Assembly: GCA_008369845.1 (NCBI GenBank) | Contig: MRSU01003398.1 | Span: 1-34,166, forward strand | Source: Trichomonas gallinae | Taxonomy: Eukaryota | DNA: 34,166 nt | Direction of reading: 5' to 3' | Shown here: one piece after another, positions 1 to 8,657 of the stretch | Layout of the letters: each line of letters begins with the position of its first letter | How positions within the stretch are numbered: position 1 is the first letter of the stretch | Notes under the pieces: model-generated | Told to the model about the DNA's origin: nothing | What the model saw: only the letters and a program-made list of their open reading frames with translations | The model's database searches: none | Program-made: the position numbers and the translations under genes

Positions 1-220
1 TTAATAATATAGAATGAGCACATAGTGACCATTAAAATGCTAGATTCCCATCAAAAAAACCCGGTGGAGTTTTCTTGGGCTCTACTGTAGCATCGAACCT
101 GACACGTTTTATAAGCAGGGGCCTTTTTTGACAATTTTAAAAAATCTGCCGGAATACCTTTAGAAATATTTACGAAGTCAAAAAATTTTCCCATATCCAA
201 TTTTTTTATTTTTTCTGACT

Positions 221-225
221 TCATT
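221..225 (+). promoter_or_regulatory. Trichomonad initiator (Inr) element TCATT
   Basis: TCATT ends 4 nt before the ATG at 230 and matches the trichomonad Inr consensus TCA(T/C)(T/A). Confidence 0.55.
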
Positions 226-229
226 TTTA

Positions 230-1426
230 ATGAGAGCAGTAACAGGCACTTGTTTCGATAATGATCCAAATGTCGACATGATATGGCCTGTCGGCAAAGG
301 AGGAAATGGTACATGTTATGTACTTAGGATGGGAGACCAATACAGAGTTTTGAAAATCTTAGTCGACACTTCCGGACAAGGCTTGGATATTGAATCAACT
401 GCGTTAGAAAATTACCAGATTCCATTCATGCCGTCAATATATGATAAATCAAGGAACCATCCAGGAGAGAACAATTATTGGATTTTAATTGATTACATTC
501 CAGGTCCAACATTGCGTGAATTAATATCTGGTGGTTTTGTTGGGTACAGAGTCAAGAAAGTAATCATGCTTAAAATCCTAATCTCCATCATATATCAATT
601 AAGTAATATGAACGAAAAAAATCTGAAGCACCGAGATATCAAATCGGATAATATCATCATTGATGCCAATTTAGCTCCTCACATTATCGATTGGGGAGAT
701 GCTTCATCCAGAAATTCTTTATCGTCGCGAAGTGCGCATGGCACAATTCCGTTTGCAGCTCCAGAAGTCTTCGATAACATCAGATCTACTAAATCAGACA
801 TCTATTCTTTCGGTTGTGTTATGTTCAATATGATCACTGAACATTTCCCATATGATGATGCATATGAAACAAAAGAAGGTCTTGACAAGTATATCACTGA
901 TGATGATAGATTACCTTTTGATATGGATGATTATTATGAGATCTTAAACGACGAATCTCTGAGCAACGAAGAAAGAGCCGAAGCTTCTGAGAAAATAGGT
1001 AAATATGTTGAGCCAATAATCCAGGGAGCCATTCAAAGAGGCATAACAGACCAAAGATTTATTCACGATGATGTTTTCTTGAGAGATAAATTCAATGCCA
1101 GACTTTCTTACTTGATTGGCCGATGCTGGGAATTCAATTATGAAACACGCATTTCACATTACGAGATAATTGAATTTCTTAATAATACTGCCCAAGAAGT
1201 TTTATCAGCCGATGAATTCAACGAATACGAAGAATACTGTGATTATATTGCTACTGCTGATCCAGGAACACAATACGGAACACTCGAGAATATTGAAACA
1301 ACATTCGAAAATGGCCTTTATCAGTGTAATGATACACTTATGGCCATACTTTCTGATATCGGATTCAATGTTGTCGATGATGGACAAAGATTTTCTACTT
1401 TCCTTCAATCTATCAGGCCTCAATAA
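230..1426 (+). CDS. Divergent Ser/Thr protein kinase (398 aa)
   Basis: Gly loop GKGGNG, VLK lysine, alphaC Glu (IES), HRDIKSDN, DWG in place of DFG, GTIPFAAPE, DIYSFG, CW..R. The TAA stop overlaps TAAA (1424-1427), the trichomonad poly(A) signal. Confidence 0.92.
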   Translation: MRAVTGTCFDNDPNVDMIWPVGKGGNGTCYVLRMGDQYRVLKILVDTSGQGLDIESTALENYQIPFMPSIYDKSRNHPGENNYWILIDYIPGPTLRELISGGFVGYRVKKVIMLKILISIIYQLSNMNEKNLKHRDIKSDNIIIDANLAPHIIDWGDASSRNSLSSRSAHGTIPFAAPEVFDNIRSTKSDIYSFGCVMFNMITEHFPYDDAYETKEGLDKYITDDDRLPFDMDDYYEILNDESLSNEERAEASEKIGKYVEPIIQGAIQRGITDQRFIHDDVFLRDKFNARLSYLIGRCWEFNYETRISHYEIIEFLNNTAQEVLSADEFNEYEEYCDYIATADPGTQYGTLENIETTFENGLYQCNDTLMAILSDIGFNVVDDGQRFSTFLQSIRPQ

Positions 1427-2357
1427 AATGATGAAGGGCAACATCTAATTTTCATAATAAATCCGTTTCTTTTAGTCTTATTATAATCTGTTATTACTGA
1501 AAATATACATTCATTCATATTGATTTTCATCCCATCTTTTTTGGAGTCATCCACTGCCTAGAGCAACTCAAGAAGAACAAAATCAGTTTTCCAAAGAATA
1601 TTTCATACAATTTCCAGTTATAATCTTATCTACAAATGGATTTTATATTTGATTACAATTTACAAATATTGTTTGCAAAAGTATATATCTATCTTTATGA
1701 TTACTATTGTAAAGTTCACATATTTTTCATTCATCACTACGTCTCCCCAATACATAGAACTATTGCAATTGCGTGATTTAGTCTGCTGCATAACAAACCA
1801 TTTTTACTTTTAATTTTTAAGTACCAGGCATTGTAGAGTTGATTTTCGATGAAAAGAGGATCATTTTTTTGGGAAGTAGAGAATTTTGAATCCAAAAATA
1901 AATTTCAATAATTATACTACTAGGTATGAAAAAGTAAATTTAAGCAAAAAAATTATTGAAAATTTACCAAAATTAATCAAAATGCTGTAAAAACGATCCA
2001 GACAATGATATAGTTTGCAATTGTACTAAAAATGGCATTTGTCGATTTCTAGCAAAAAATTCAAATATTTTTTGAGAAGTGGAAATATAATGATGTCAAG
2101 TTAATATTCCATTTAAAAATCATTTAATAATTTGAATGCACGGATTTTTGAAATTATCAAAATTCTGACTGACTTTTCATAACAATATTCAAAAATATTT
2201 TTGAACTTTTACCAAAATCTTGCAGCAGTAGTACACATATATTTCTTTAATTCTGTAATTCAAATAATTCAAATTAATTCAAACAATAATGCATATACTA
2301 ATACCAAGGAGATATATTTTGGATTTTAACTTTACATATCGTCTTTTTCGGCAATTG

Positions 2358-3398
2358 ATGGATCTTGGACCGACACAAATCGGTCCATATATCCTAAGAG
2401 GCGAAGTCGGGCATGGTGCATTCTCGACGGTACGCTTATGCCAAGATGCACATACAAATATATATTATGCCTGCAAAATAATTCAACGTTCTAGGTTATT
2501 AATGCATAACCTAGATGTTCGCTTCGAAAATGAAATTAGAATCAATCAGCAACTACATCACCCGGGAATTGTGTGCCTATATGACTTGCTTAAGGATGAA
2601 ACGAATTATTATATTATTATGGAGTTTTGTCCGAACGGTGAATTATTTAGTCACGTTGTCGATAAAGGTAGATTAGACGAAAGCGAAGCCAAAATATTCA
2701 TATCACAGATTCTATTTGCACTTCAATACGTGCATTCTTTAAATATTTGCCATAGAGATCTCAAACCGGAAAACTTATTATTAGATCATGTTGGTATGGT
2801 AAAAATCTCGGATTTTGGGTTATCACGTTTCGTTGGTGTAAATGGACTCGTTAATACTCCATGTGGTTCACCCTGTTATGCATCGCCAGAATGCGTATCT
2901 GGGCATCCTTACGACGGCAGAAAGAGTGATATCTGGAGCTGCGGCGTTATTGCATATGCAATCTTGACTGGACAGCTTCCTTGGACAAAAAGAAATCAAC
3001 AGCAGCTATTTGAACAGATAAAAAAGGGAGAATATACAATTCCTACTTATTTAAGTCCTAGCTGTAGGAATTTTATTCAAGGATTAATGACAGTCAACAC
3101 AGAATATAGATTAACAATAGATCAAGCATTACGTCATCCATGGCTGTCAGATTGCCCTCCTCCAAATGTCGAAATGTACAAACCTTTACAAGCCGATTTA
3201 CTTCCAGTCCCGCCAAGTTTACGTAAACTCGATTTATTCTTCGAAAAAGAAATACCGTTTGATGATTCCGTGCCGGATGAAGATCAATCTGGAGCAGTTG
3301 AATTTTCTAGTTCTAATTCACAGACGTTCAGGACAATTAGGAAAGCATTGAGTGTCATACGACCTAAATCTCGGCCCCCTGTTAAGCCATTGTATTAG
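2358..3398 (+). CDS. CAMK-group (CAMKL/AMPK-SNF1-like) Ser/Thr protein kinase
   Basis: GHGAFSTV, ACK, HRDLKPEN, DFG, TPCGSPCYASPE, YDGRKSDIWSCGVI, HPW. The start is placed at the ATG at 2358 (MDLGPTQIGPY) because the extension back to 2289 looks intergenic. Confidence 0.95.
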   Translation: MDLGPTQIGPYILRGEVGHGAFSTVRLCQDAHTNIYYACKIIQRSRLLMHNLDVRFENEIRINQQLHHPGIVCLYDLLKDETNYYIIMEFCPNGELFSHVVDKGRLDESEAKIFISQILFALQYVHSLNICHRDLKPENLLLDHVGMVKISDFGLSRFVGVNGLVNTPCGSPCYASPECVSGHPYDGRKSDIWSCGVIAYAILTGQLPWTKRNQQQLFEQIKKGEYTIPTYLSPSCRNFIQGLMTVNTEYRLTIDQALRHPWLSDCPPPNVEMYKPLQADLLPVPPSLRKLDLFFEKEIPFDDSVPDEDQSGAVEFSSSNSQTFRTIRKALSVIRPKSRPPVKPLY

Positions 3399-3883
3399 TT
3401 ATTTTTTTTTTATTTGTAAAGTGATAGAATGTTATATTATAATTTTCGAATGCTATTTAAATGAATATCACAACTATAAGCTCTCTTAACATGCTATTAA
3501 ATCCATCTTTATCGTGCGATAATTTTATATGAATAAAAAAAAATTTTAAAATATTGAGTTTTTGTTGAATATCTATTGGAATATATCCATTTGATGACAA
3601 ATATAATAGCATAAATGCCAAATTTAACAACTTTGTTGGAGTTTTTTTTCTTGATCAAAAAATTTTGACAATGGCAGAATTGTTTACAAAGTGATTAATT
3701 TCCATTCAAAAATAATCGTTATTAAAATTAGAAAATGATTGTTATACTATATTGATAATAATTTTATTAAATTTTAAAGTTCACTGTCACGCCCGTAAAA
3801 CTAAAAATATGAAAAAATGATTTATAATATTATTATTAGATAGTATGTATCATAAAGTAAAAAATTTGTCAATTTTTTTTATT

Positions 3884-3894
3884 TCATTTTCATA
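3884..3894 (+). promoter_or_regulatory. Tandem Inr-like elements (TCATT, TCATA)
   Basis: TCATT at 3884-3888 and TCATA at 3890-3894, immediately before the ATG at 3897. Confidence 0.5.
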
Positions 3895-3896
3895 CA

Positions 3897-5927
3897 ATGA
3901 GTGATGATTTGTTGGATCATGAAGAAGAATACGCGTCAGATGATGATGAGAGTGGATCATCAGATGACATGGCTTTATACAATCAGGATGCTTATGAAGT
4001 TAATTTCAATGAAATTGTAATTCCGGAAGATATGCCACAGACAATTAAAGAAAAATACGAGCTTGAGCAAATGTTCTGGAAAATTAGTGAGGATAACGTT
4101 CAAGAATTAATCGATAAACTACTCGATTTCGTAAAGAAAAAAGAATCTAATCAGCTTTTAGTCGTACAGCTTGTAGATAGTGTTGCCATTGCAAAGCCAA
4201 AATTGATCAAACTACTTGCAGTTGTTTTCAAAATACTTCTCCCTTATCTCCCGGTTGATTCAGAATTGTTTTGGGAATCAAGATACATAAACGTATACTT
4301 TGATCAATTAAAGCTTAATAAGCACAAACGATTTTATCGAAATCGGAATTCAAACAAAGAAGAAATAGATGAAGAAAATATAGTGTTTCTTTATCCTGAG
4401 GGCACATTCGAGTATTTCACTGTTTGGGATGATTTAGAAGGTTTCCAAAATTTAGAATGTAGTAGTGATATTTCAGAGGAGCGCCATTATGTAGAAGGTG
4501 AATCTAATTTGTTAGATCTTGCAGCAAAATTTGGTTCTGTCAATATTTTCAAATATCTTGTGAATTCAGCGAATTTTGATATTACACAAGATACCTTTCT
4601 TTGCGCAGTAAAAGGTGGTAACCTTTTTATCGTTCGCTACTGCATCCAATATTGGAGATCTAACATAAATCCACAGGAATCCATCGATAATGCTGTCGAA
4701 TGCAATAATTTAGAGCTTGTTGAATGGATGATCAGCGAATACAACATTTTACCAACATTATCAGCACCATTAGCTAGAAATACAACTAATTTCTTCTTTC
4801 CAATCCTTTCTCGAGCGCAATATTTAAATGTTGAGCAGATATCATCTGCAGTTGGCCATGCTTTGAAGTCAGGCTATGAAGAGATTGCTATCTATCTAAT
4901 AAGAAAGTATGATTTCGATATCGATATCGGAACTACAAGAACATGGATATCCATTGGAGGATATATAGATTTCTTGACCAGTTTCTTGGAGATTACCGAA
5001 GATGTTCGTACAGATACAATATGCCACGTTACATTGAACTTAATAGAAAGTTACAATAGCCAAGGAAAGCAACTTTTAACTCATCCAGCATTAAAAAAGT
5101 ATTTATCAGATATTATCTACTATGCATTCGAATATGGTAGCAAATTTCGATTTCTAATGAAAACCGGAATTGATTTAGAGGCTGAATACAAGCCCAAAGA
5201 ACCAGGAGGTAACTTGTATCTCGATATTATCCGACATAAAATCTTATATCATTCTTTTAAAGAAGAAGATCGTGAAATATTCGAAAAGTGCTTCAATAAT
5301 GTCAAAGGAATGACACAAAATTATTACAGTGAAATGATTTCAAATATGTGTGGAAATCTATTATTCGATGCTGCCGAATATGCAATGAAATTCGAAAAAT
5401 TCAAAGAATTTAGGCCTTTAGTCAACAAAAACCACTTATTATACAATCTTCTTCAAAACTCATTCAAATTCCCAGGAAAACAACTGGTTGAAAAAATTAA
5501 TTTTATTAATTCGTTGGAAGATGATGGAAGCAACGACAAATTACCACTGTATCATTGCAAATTTAATAGAGTTGACGAAGAGGCCTTCAGACTCATATTC
5601 AATAATCTGAAGAACATGAATTTAAGAAATCGTAGATCACAAACTCCGCTCCATAGATTGTACGCTGCCAAAAATTATCCTCTTGCAAAAGTTCTTTTAG
5701 ATATGCCAGGCGTTAACGTGAACGCGAAAAATTCAAAAGGTGTAACGCCATTCATGCTTGCTTGCATGCAGTATAGAAATGGAAATAAGGAGCTTTATGA
5801 TTTGATCAAATTAATGATGGATTTAGGAGCTGATCCTAAATTGAAATCATGCAGCAACATTTCTGCAACTGATATCATAACTGCTAATAACAGGAAGACG
5901 GAATTATTGAATCTCATTAAAATTTAA
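3897..5927 (+). CDS. Ankyrin-repeat protein with DUF3447-like region (trichomonad-expanded family), 676 aa
   Basis: Acidic N-terminus; AAKFGSVNIFKYL..AVKGGNLFIVRYC..AVECNNLELVEWM (DUF3447-like degenerate ankyrins); C-terminal ankyrins QTPLH..LAKVLL..NVNAKNSKGVTPFMLAC..GADP. Stop overlaps TAAA. Confidence 0.85.
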   Translation: MSDDLLDHEEEYASDDDESGSSDDMALYNQDAYEVNFNEIVIPEDMPQTIKEKYELEQMFWKISEDNVQELIDKLLDFVKKKESNQLLVVQLVDSVAIAKPKLIKLLAVVFKILLPYLPVDSELFWESRYINVYFDQLKLNKHKRFYRNRNSNKEEIDEENIVFLYPEGTFEYFTVWDDLEGFQNLECSSDISEERHYVEGESNLLDLAAKFGSVNIFKYLVNSANFDITQDTFLCAVKGGNLFIVRYCIQYWRSNINPQESIDNAVECNNLELVEWMISEYNILPTLSAPLARNTTNFFFPILSRAQYLNVEQISSAVGHALKSGYEEIAIYLIRKYDFDIDIGTTRTWISIGGYIDFLTSFLEITEDVRTDTICHVTLNLIESYNSQGKQLLTHPALKKYLSDIIYYAFEYGSKFRFLMKTGIDLEAEYKPKEPGGNLYLDIIRHKILYHSFKEEDREIFEKCFNNVKGMTQNYYSEMISNMCGNLLFDAAEYAMKFEKFKEFRPLVNKNHLLYNLLQNSFKFPGKQLVEKINFINSLEDDGSNDKLPLYHCKFNRVDEEAFRLIFNNLKNMNLRNRRSQTPLHRLYAAKNYPLAKVLLDMPGVNVNAKNSKGVTPFMLACMQYRNGNKELYDLIKLMMDLGADPKLKSCSNISATDIITANNRKTELLNLIKI

Positions 5928-6347
5928 ATGAGTTTGTTTGTTTTTATCAATAACTAATTTTTATTTCGCTAGTATTCCAATAGTAATCGAATAATTCAAA
6001 TGTGACTTACACGTATATATGAAAGGCAAAAGTACAAATCGAGGTTTTGAAAATTCAAAATAAAACAAAATTATTTGTTTATTTCCAATTGCAATCAAAA
6101 ATTAGAATATATGGAATGAATATATGTGAAAAACAAACATACAAATCACAGTTTTGATATTTTAATTTCGTTAAATTCACAGAACAACCAAATATTTAGA
6201 ATATCTGAAACGAAAATGTTTGAAATAGAAATTGTCAAAACAAAATTTTGAAAACCAAAAAATTGGATTTCAAATTATTGATAAAAAGTGTTGCTATGCC
6301 ATAAAATAGTAATTAAATATCATAACATAATATTTAAACAATTAATC

Positions 6348-8141
6348 TTAAGGATAAAGTGTGAGATCCTCAACGAGAGGTGTTCTAATGGTATTAGTAA
6401 CAATTTGCGGCGGCCCTTCAAGAGCATTTTCGCCTCTTGGTGCTCTCTTGTATTCTATTACGTTCTTCATCTTTTTAGCAGAATTGCGAATTTTAATTGA
6501 GTTTGCTGGCGTGTGTTGGTGGTCGCGGTTTGAATCAGGCTGCAGCTTGACCCTCATATCGTAGCATTTTGTGCAATGCGGTCTGTTATGATATGATTTA
6601 GTATTTGCGACTTCTAATTTTTCACCACAGACTCTGCAAACGAAGCAATCCTTGTGGTAGTACTTTCCTCTCCACTTAATCTTGTCGCACACGACATTGA
6701 AGCGCTGGTGGCAGAAAGAGCAGCTGTCTAAGAAGCAAGAACCGTGATCGATGCAGTAAAACTTGTTGTGGTGAGTAACAAACATGTCACCTTTAAGCAC
6801 ACAGTTGCACATCGCACACTTGAAGTGTTCGCGATGGAAAAATTGCTTGTTATGGAAAACATAATTTGAATCTAAGATATAATTACCACAATCCGCACAT
6901 TTTCTCTTGCGAATCTTCTCAATGCACTTTGTGCAGAATAATTTTCCTTCAGTTTCCTTATATTGCTTTCCAGCAAGCGGTTCTGCACATGAAAAACATG
7001 TTAAGCAGTTAACGTGGTAATTATCACCAGCATTCGTACGAATAAGCTCAAGTGCACCAAGGATTTGCTGTCCACATGCTTTGCATTTAGTATTATGGTC
7101 TTTCAATATGCAATCTTTGCACATTAGATGTTCTTGGTAAATATAAGCGTTGTTATCATCAATATATGATTGGCAGCCGTAGCATTTAACGCATTGAGGA
7201 TGATAATATCCACCGTTAATAAACGTATAATTATCTTCGATTGTTTGCTTGCAAATTTCGCATGTCCTCGATGGCAAGACGAAAATATCGATGTCTCCGA
7301 GCATAGAAAGCTTGTCTAAACTATGTAAATCGAATTGTAAATTTGGCATTTTGCTTAACGATGGAACTTTGTTGAGCATCTGAGATCCAGACAAAAAGGC
7401 GACTTGATTGGATTGCATCATATCATCAATATTTGATGCCATGTAATCAAATCCTGTCTGTGACCTTGGATTCGATAATGTTTGACTGTCGAACACCTCA
7501 TCGCCGAAAGTGATGCCTTCGGCAGCTGGTAGATCGTCCCAAGCTGTTTCATCCGGATTTTCAATTATACTGTCAAGACCGTTATATACTTCAAGCCTTT
7601 TATCTTCTGTGTGGTGGTGACTGCGTCCACCCAATGGTTCAGGCTTAGGTTTGGCCAACGATGGAATTGGAAGAATATCAAGGCTTCTGTTTGGAGCTAT
7701 GCCACCACGCTTTGGTGGAGGCGCGAGTAAGCCGCCCTGGATGCCTCCTTGGTTGTTATTTTGAACTTGGTTTGGAGGTGGCATTAAATTAAAGTGATCG
7801 ATATCGATTGTGTTTGCAGCGAGTAGAGAAGGCTGAGGATTGTGAACCATTGAATCCCTTACCCAAGAAGAGTGGCTCGAATCCGAATGTTCAGGATCGG
7901 TAAAATCTTCTCCTTGAACTAAGAGACTTGGCACAGCAGAATTCTTATATTCTTTCGGCCTCATTTCGTTTAATTTGGAATCGACGTGTTTCTCTCCATC
8001 ATTATTTGCTAATAACGATTTTTTGTTGTTGTCCGTATCAGAATCGTCAGTGCGTCTTTTATCGGCTTTAGGCTCGTCCGGCTTCATGATAGGCGCATTA
8101 TCAAGAGGTCCACCGACAAGAGGATTCAAATAATCGTCCAT
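6348..8141 (-). CDS. LIM-domain protein with four tandem C-terminal LIM domains (paxillin-like architecture)
   Basis: Four double zinc fingers starting CEIC, CKAC, CADC and CSFC, each of the form C-x2-C..H-x2-[CH]-x2-C-x2-C..C-x2-[CH], after a disordered Pro-rich N-terminus. The start is placed at the ATG at 8141 (MDDYLNPL); the ORF-track extension to 8198 runs through a poly-A tract. Confidence 0.9.
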   Translation of the reverse strand: MDDYLNPLVGGPLDNAPIMKPDEPKADKRRTDDSDTDNNKKSLLANNDGEKHVDSKLNEMRPKEYKNSAVPSLLVQGEDFTDPEHSDSSHSSWVRDSMVHNPQPSLLAANTIDIDHFNLMPPPNQVQNNNQGGIQGGLLAPPPKRGGIAPNRSLDILPIPSLAKPKPEPLGGRSHHHTEDKRLEVYNGLDSIIENPDETAWDDLPAAEGITFGDEVFDSQTLSNPRSQTGFDYMASNIDDMMQSNQVAFLSGSQMLNKVPSLSKMPNLQFDLHSLDKLSMLGDIDIFVLPSRTCEICKQTIEDNYTFINGGYYHPQCVKCYGCQSYIDDNNAYIYQEHLMCKDCILKDHNTKCKACGQQILGALELIRTNAGDNYHVNCLTCFSCAEPLAGKQYKETEGKLFCTKCIEKIRKRKCADCGNYILDSNYVFHNKQFFHREHFKCAMCNCVLKGDMFVTHHNKFYCIDHGSCFLDSCSFCHQRFNVVCDKIKWRGKYYHKDCFVCRVCGEKLEVANTKSYHNRPHCTKCYDMRVKLQPDSNRDHQHTPANSIKIRNSAKKMKNVIEYKRAPRGENALEGPPQIVTNTIRTPLVEDLTLYP

Positions 8142-8657
8142 CAAAATTTTTTTTTTTTCCTTACAAAGTAAATAAATATGTTCTTTATTTTCTGTCATTT
8201 ATAATTTACATGTCAGATTTGATTAAAATATTTACACGACAAATACATCACATTTTAAATGTTTACATGCCGAATTAATTTCAAACGTTTTTGACACTTT
8301 ACAATGTCAGATTTGATTAAGATATTCAAGATATATTATCTATTATGAATCATGATAAATAAACATAACAACTTTGATGTACCACCTACAAGCAGCTTCA
8401 AATAATCGTTCATCAAATTTTTTTTCGAATGTTATAGCTAAATATTGAATTTCCGTTTTCGTTATTTATTAAAATGGCGTAATATAAACCTATATAATTT
8501 CATTATATAACTAAATTATGTAAAATTTTGACAAAAACCAAAATGATCTGACATGTAAATCATACAAATTTCTAGAAAATATAACGATCCGTTATGTAAA
8601 ACATGATGCATAACTTCTTGTTTTCTTACAATAAATAACATTTATAAAACAAAATTA

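Noticed and set aside
51..314. 87-aa minus-strand ORF overlapping the first kinase's start
   Set aside because: It overlaps the kinase promoter and CDS and has no motif; likely spurious.
2289..2357. N-terminal extensions in the ORF track (also 8142-8198, 13255-13269, 14782-14814)
   Set aside because: They are AT-rich UTR/promoter-like sequence or TTG starts; the downstream ATGs fit domain boundaries better.
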